Shown here one piece after another: positions 58,916 to 64,000 of a stretch of 64,000 nt of DNA. The first letter of the stretch is position 1. The number at the start of each line of letters is the position of its first letter. Under the pieces are notes generated by a model. That model had not been told where the DNA came from. It saw only the letters and a list, made by a program, of their open reading frames with translations, and ran no database searches. The stretch spans positions 736,001 to 800,000 of the forward strand of contig CAVRKK010000002.1 of the NCBI GenBank assembly GCA_963722385.1. The letters run 5' to 3'. A program made the translations under genes and the position numbers. This DNA comes from an uncultured bacterium (lineage in GTDB: Bacteria > Babelota > Babeliae > Babelales > Babelaceae).

Positions 58916-59497
58916 ATGAAAATAAACCGTTATGCTGTAAGTAGTTTACTTCTCTCTGCGCTTATACTGATTGGATTAAGTTATTGGCATTTCCGAAGCC
59001 AGCGCACCTGTGACGGTATAGCAATATATAGCTCCGAACGAGATCGGGAAGCGTGCCTTAAGCTTTTTCAAGATAATTGGTACTGGTTAGTCCCTGAAGA
59101 TTTGCCTTTTTCGGCAGAAAAATTTTTGGCAAAAGGCCATCGCAGCGGAGAAAGCAGTGAAGAAACCCAAATAGCTGTTTATTGTGTCGAGGGCAAGGTT
59201 ATTGGCTTTGTTGCTTATCACAAAGAAAACTTTTACAAGGGCAGACTACGGTTTATCGTTCTTGATAAAAAATACCGCGGGCAAGGATATGCTGAAAAGC
59301 TCATGGAGTTTGCCCTGATTGCTATGAAAAAGATGGGGCTCCACCTCGTCCAGCTCATTACGCGCACTGACAATGAGTCTGCCATTAAGTTTTATCACAA
59401 AATCGGCTTTCATGAATATTGGCGCGATGACAAATTTGTGCGCTTCGAAAAATCGCTCGATCAGCCAGCGCCCGCTACCAAAAGCGCTCTTGCGTAA
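58916..59497 (+). CDS. GNAT acetyltransferase with an N-terminal membrane anchor
   Basis: YRGQGYAEKL acetyl-CoA motif, NESAIKFYHKIGF; ATG 58916. Confidence 0.85.
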   Translation: MKINRYAVSSLLLSALILIGLSYWHFRSQRTCDGIAIYSSERDREACLKLFQDNWYWLVPEDLPFSAEKFLAKGHRSGESSEETQIAVYCVEGKVIGFVAYHKENFYKGRLRFIVLDKKYRGQGYAEKLMEFALIAMKKMGLHLVQLITRTDNESAIKFYHKIGFHEYWRDDKFVRFEKSLDQPAPATKSALA

Positions 59498-59590
59498 AGC
59501 GCGGATGCATGATACACTGTGGTCGCTTATTAAATAAAAAAATAACAAGCAAACAGCTTAATTATTCACTATTTATGACGAGAAGAATTT

Positions 59591-59971
59591 ATGAAAATCC
59601 ACCACTTTATTATACTTTGCAGTTTTTTTCTTATGGCCGCGCAAGCGCCTGCAAGCGAGCAACTTATTGCACCACATAACAATCAGGAGCAACAAGACGA
59701 CCTTTGGGATGAGCTCACTGAAGAAGAGCAAGCAGCTATTAATAGGCTTGATGAGATTTTTGACCAGGTGCCCGAAGAGGTCTTCGATGCAATTACGTAT
59801 GAGGATCCAAGCGCGTTTGAGCTTTATGTCCAGCAGCTCCTCAGTCTGATTGCTTCAGTACCAGGCGCAATTAAGTTAGCCGCCTGGCTGCGCACTCATA
59901 TGTCTGATTTTTCAAACATGATGAGCAGCCAGGTTGATCAAGAGACTGGCTCCTTACATGAAGAGCTCTAA
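59591..59971 (+). CDS. Acidic exported hypothetical protein
   Basis: Signal peptide, D/E-rich helical body; overlaps the rsmE start. Confidence 0.65.
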   Translation: MKIHHFIILCSFFLMAAQAPASEQLIAPHNNQEQQDDLWDELTEEEQAAINRLDEIFDQVPEEVFDAITYEDPSAFELYVQQLLSLIASVPGAIKLAAWLRTHMSDFSNMMSSQVDQETGSLHEEL

Positions 59972-60722
59972 TAAGCTCATCGCATCACAGAGCCATATTT
60001 TTTCACTTTTTAGCGATCAGGAATTAAGCCAGCTTATTGTAGGACGTCACATCACGGTAACCGAGCATGCCCTGGTAAAGCGTTTAACACACGTATTGCG
60101 TGCCGAGCGGGGCGACGAAGTAATTATTTTTGATAAAAAGAATCATACTGCCTTTACGATAACTAATATTTCGAAGCAGGCTATAGAAGGTTCTCTTATT
60201 CACGTTGAGCACAACAAGGCATTATTGCCCCAGATTCATTGGCTTTTGCCATTGCTTGAACGCGATGCATTTGAAAAAGCAATTGCTGGCTTAACCGTTT
60301 TAGGAGCAACATCAATCGAGCCCTTTGTAACACGAAAAGTTCACCGAAGAGCTCTTTCACCCAAGGAGCATGAGCGTATTCATCGCATCATGATTGCTGC
60401 TGCCGAACAGTCTAAGCAGTTTGTATTGCCCGAAATCAAGCCAGTTGCCACTTTTGAATCTTTACGCTCTCGAAGTTTTACCGAGCCGGCGTTATTCTTT
60501 GACCCCGTCGGGATGCATGCTCGTGACATGATAGCGTTAATTGAAAAATCGCCGCCACCTAGTCTTAGGTGTATGGTCGGACCTGAAGGCGATTTAACCG
60601 TCGACGAGAAGAGCATGCTTAAAGAGTTACATTTTTCTTTTGTCGCTTTAACGCCCTCAATTTTACGCTCCGAAGATGCTGCTTTTATTGCTACGGGGCT
60701 CTTGCGGTCAATGTTGCGATAA
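59958..60722 (+). CDS. rsmE: 16S rRNA m3U1498 methyltransferase
   Basis: HVLR, AAEQS, VGPEGDL, ILRSEDA. Confidence 0.9.
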   Translation: MKSSNKLIASQSHIFSLFSDQELSQLIVGRHITVTEHALVKRLTHVLRAERGDEVIIFDKKNHTAFTITNISKQAIEGSLIHVEHNKALLPQIHWLLPLLERDAFEKAIAGLTVLGATSIEPFVTRKVHRRALSPKEHERIHRIMIAAAEQSKQFVLPEIKPVATFESLRSRSFTEPALFFDPVGMHARDMIALIEKSPPPSLRCMVGPEGDLTVDEKSMLKELHFSFVALTPSILRSEDAAFIATGLLRSMLR

Positions 60723-60940
60723 AGTATTTGGGTAACGAAACTCATTGACCTCATGCAATGCCGGCTTTATCGTAAATGCTGTGAGTCCAAGAGCTTCTAA
60801 CCCATGATGGCTATAAAATTGCGCATCAGTCGTTGCTTCAAAATAAAGTGGCTTTGCTTGATAGCCATTATCGCTGATTGATTGCGCACTTGAAATATAA
60901 ATCAACGCAATCATACTGCGCGCATCAGCTTGTCTTGCAT
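60708..60940 (-). pseudogene. Possible internally deleted GNAT remnant
   Basis: ARQADARSMIALI resembles a GNAT start and PLYFEAT..AQFYSHHG a GNAT end, with no core between them. Confidence 0.3.
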
Positions 60941-61040
60941 AAAAACTTAGTTTACAATAGAGCGATTCAATGCCGTAGTTTATTATTTTCTTTAGAAAAA
61001 TAATCTATGATATGTTCACTATTTTGTAAAGGAGTTGCTT

Positions 61041-62246
61041 ATGGCACCTATATATCGACTATCTATTGTGCTGCTCATGTTCAACAGTATTGCCGCCATG
61101 CAAGACCCTGACCCAAAAAAAAGCATAAGCAGCTCTCCTGATTCCAGCAATCACTTTGCTTTTTATGATGATATTTCTGACCAAAAAAAAGCCCGCGAGG
61201 AAAAGGCTGAATTACCTCGTGAGCTCTATCAGCAAATAGTTGAAAATTTGCCTATATCGTGCGTCGACATTTTTGTTTATGATCCCCAAACTGAAAGCTA
61301 TTTTATCGTAAAGCGCCATAATAAGCCTGCCGCAGGGCTTCTGTGGGTTCTTGGTGGTCGGCAAATAATTTTTGAAAGCTTTTTTCAGGCAGCGATCCGC
61401 AAATGCGCCGATGAGATGCATTTGCAGGTATTGCCTATCGCAGCACTTGGACACTATAGCACCACGTTTATCGATTCAGAATGGGGTAGCCCAACCCATA
61501 CCAACAATCGCGTTGTTTTAGCAATCGTTGAGCCAGGTTCGAGTCCATCTCCTGATCGCAACCATAGCAACGAACGCTGGGTTTCGCTCTATAGAAGCCC
61601 GCTTGACACCGAGTTTGAGGTGCGCCCCGAGAACTTATACCTTTTTCACCTCTGGCAGGATGCTCTTGCGGCAATTAGCCAACATCGCGACCTGATCGAC
61701 AGAATTTCAAATAACCAAGAAGAACTCAAGCACTACAAAGAGCAGCTGACACAAACAAATTCCTATCAAGCCACGGGACACCGCTATCGAGAATTATTCG
61801 ATAATTTCAACACCTACAGCACAACAAATAACGGCGAAACGCTCGCGAATACCTTATGGGCGACAATTCATAGCTTTGATGAAACTGAGCGCACGTCTGC
61901 CCTACAGCGCTTGCAAGAATTGATGGACGAGACGACGCGCCACTCAGCAAAAACCAAGGCAACAGCTGTGGTTGACCAGTTATGGCGTGTGCTCCAGAAA
62001 CTTAACCAAGAAGAACAGGCCGCTGCTCACATTAGGCTCGATTCATTCGTCCAAGCAATGATTAAATCAAAAGCAACAAGCTTAGTCGTTGAAACCATAG
62101 CGCCATCACCGACTGCTCATAATGCTACCGCTGGCTCATTCCAGCGACCACCTATAGTGACTTATGGTGATATTTATGCGCATTTTTTAGATGAAGAGCT
62201 TGAAGAAACCTTTTTTTTTAATCATAAGAAAGGATGGCCACGATAA
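61041..62246 (+). CDS. Exported Nudix hydrolase (GDP-mannose mannosyl hydrolase-like) with a helical C-terminal extension
   Basis: Signal-like N-terminus; LPISCVDI, KRxNKPA, WVLGGR...ES...AIRK..DE variant Nudix box. Confidence 0.75.
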   Translation: MAPIYRLSIVLLMFNSIAAMQDPDPKKSISSSPDSSNHFAFYDDISDQKKAREEKAELPRELYQQIVENLPISCVDIFVYDPQTESYFIVKRHNKPAAGLLWVLGGRQIIFESFFQAAIRKCADEMHLQVLPIAALGHYSTTFIDSEWGSPTHTNNRVVLAIVEPGSSPSPDRNHSNERWVSLYRSPLDTEFEVRPENLYLFHLWQDALAAISQHRDLIDRISNNQEELKHYKEQLTQTNSYQATGHRYRELFDNFNTYSTTNNGETLANTLWATIHSFDETERTSALQRLQELMDETTRHSAKTKATAVVDQLWRVLQKLNQEEQAAAHIRLDSFVQAMIKSKATSLVVETIAPSPTAHNATAGSFQRPPIVTYGDIYAHFLDEELEETFFFNHKKGWPR

Positions 62247-62315
62247 TTACTTCACCTAGCAAAAAGCACATTCACTTAAGGGGCACCTAGCATGGCGCCC
62301 CCTCTTTATGCTCCG

Positions 62316-64000
62316 TTAATGCATATTTTTTTTTTCGATATGCTGCTGAGGCATAAGAACGTGATGGATCACTTCATCAGCATGATTAACCCAAATTAAA
62401 TGCATATCCTGGGTAAGCTCTTCAAGCCCGACCATGTCATGCTGATTTTTACAGGGTAATATAACATGCTGGATGTGATTTCGCTTGGCGACCAGCAGTT
62501 TTTCCTTAACCCCACCAATAGGCATAACATTGCCGCGTAGATTTAGCTCTCCTGTCATCGCGTAATCAGCATTAATAGGCCGCTGGGTTAGCGCGGACAG
62601 TATTGATGCCAACATCGTAATACCTGCTGATGGCCCATCTTTTGGCACCCCCCCAGCAGGAACATGCAAATGAATATCACAATTGGTAAACATTCGCGAG
62701 TCGAGGCCAAACTCTTCGGCGCGGGTGCGAATATAACTCAATGCTGCTTGAGCAGACTCCCGCATAACGTTACCCAGTTGGCCCGTCAAAATCAGCTTTC
62801 CCTTGCCAGGAACAACAACAGCTTCAACTTTGACAAGCTCTCCACCAAAAGCCGTCCAGGCTAGCCCATTGGTAACGCCAACATGATTTTCTTTATCATT
62901 ATCATCCTCGGGGAACTTTTGTGGCCCCAGGAACTGCTTAATGTTTTCAGGCATAAAGACCGTACTTTCGCCACCCTCTACTAAGGCTCGCGCTGCTTTG
63001 CAGCAAAGCTTTTTAATAAGGCGTTCAAGTTCCCGCACACCAGCTTCACGCGTATAGTACGTAATAATATGCTCTATCACGGTGGCCGGGAACGTAATAG
63101 GCTGCTCGGCAAGCCCTGTTTGATCAAGTGCCCGCTTTATTAAATGGCGCTCGGCGATCGATTTTTTTTCTTGGACGGTATATCCAGACAATTGAATAAT
63201 CTCCATGCGATCTCTAAGCGGCTCAGAGATTGACTCGAGTGTATTTGCTGTCGCTATGAAGATCGCTTTAGAAAAATCAAACGAGACGCCCAGGTAATTA
63301 TCGTAAAATGTCTTATTCTGCTGTGGATCAAGGACCTCAAGCATTGCTGCTGCCGGGTCTCCACGAAAATCTGCGCCGATCTTATCAAGCTCATCAATAA
63401 TAATAACGGGATTACACGAACCGGCTTTTCGAATGCCTTGGATAAAGCGCCCAGGCATTGCACCGACGTAGGTACGTCGATGCCCGCGGATTTCTGCTTC
63501 ATCTTTAACACCACCCAACGAGACCCTGAAATAGGACCGACCTAAACTGCGTGCAATTGATTTACCTAAAGATGTTTTCCCGGTTCCCGGTGGCCCAACA
63601 AAGCATAAAATCGGCGTATAACCGTCCTGCTTAAGCGTCCTAACCGAAATAAAGTCTAAAATGCGCTCTTTGATATCGTTGAGTCCGTAATGGTCATGAT
63701 CGAGCACTTCGCGCGCTTGCGCAAGATCAAGGTTATCCCGCGTCTCTTTTTGCCAGGGAAGCGCAAGCGCCCACTCAATGTAGGTCCGTATCACCGAGGC
63801 TTCCATTGAATCAGGAGACGTTTTTTCCAGGCGGTTTATTTGTCGCGTTACTTCAGTGCGCGCCTCCTCGGTAAGCTGTATTTCCGTAGTCTTCAAGCGC
63901 ATGCGCTCTATTTCATCAAGATCATCTTCACCCAGCTCTTTTTTAATTGCTTTGAGCTGCTCGCGCAAATAAAATTCTTTCTGCGACTTATTCATCGCTT
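62316..64000 (-). CDS. lon: Lon protease (5' end outside window)
   Basis: GPPGTGKT, DEAEIRGHRRTYVGA, DELDK, PKDGPSAG, IGGVKEK. Confidence 0.97.
   Translation of the reverse strand, partial: AMNKSQKEFYLREQLKAIKKELGEDDLDEIERMRLKTTEIQLTEEARTEVTRQINRLEKTSPDSMEASVIRTYIEWALALPWQKETRDNLDLAQAREVLDHDHYGLNDIKERILDFISVRTLKQDGYTPILCFVGPPGTGKTSLGKSIARSLGRSYFRVSLGGVKDEAEIRGHRRTYVGAMPGRFIQGIRKAGSCNPVIIIDELDKIGADFRGDPAAAMLEVLDPQQNKTFYDNYLGVSFDFSKAIFIATANTLESISEPLRDRMEIIQLSGYTVQEKKSIAERHLIKRALDQTGLAEQPITFPATVIEHIITYYTREAGVRELERLIKKLCCKAARALVEGGESTVFMPENIKQFLGPQKFPEDDNDKENHVGVTNGLAWTAFGGELVKVEAVVVPGKGKLILTGQLGNVMRESAQAALSYIRTRAEEFGLDSRMFTNCDIHLHVPAGGVPKDGPSAGITMLASILSALTQRPINADYAMTGELNLRGNVMPIGGVKEKLLVAKRNHIQHVILPCKNQHDMVGLEELTQDMHLIWVNHADEVIHHVLMPQQHIEKKNMH

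Overview
Bacterial chromosomal window. The gene repertoire (split ATP-synthase genes, many Sec-signal hypothetical proteins, a type II secretion cluster) suggests a host-associated lineage such as Candidatus Dependentiae/Babelota (TM6); this is inference, not a database result. Housekeeping blocks (folC-like 3' end, atpB, foldases, comF, lspA, pheT, trhO, murB; mlaFE, secG, ligase, rnhB, rpsF-rpsR, typA, truA, rsmE, lon) flank an accessory region of about 22 kb (about 11-33.4 kb) made almost entirely of predicted exported proteins of unknown function. Most notable: (1) a three-gene operon (20243-27948) of signal-peptide proteins, two of which share a VTPQ-[G/N]F motif, hydrophobic helices, a coiled coil and a related beta-rich domain, resembling a proteolytically activated multi-component pore or translocon; (2) two tandem 21-blade beta-propeller membrane proteins with shuffled blades and hypervariable loops; (3) a four-hairpin fused ATP synthase c subunit with E/Q/E/D at the ion-binding positions; (4) an intact but apparently catalytically dead enolase; (5) a T2SS cluster with two different secretins; (6) three copies of a modular, covarying hairpin repeat element with inverted termini. 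I found no rRNA, tRNA, CRISPR array or transposase. All calls come from reading motifs by eye, without searches.
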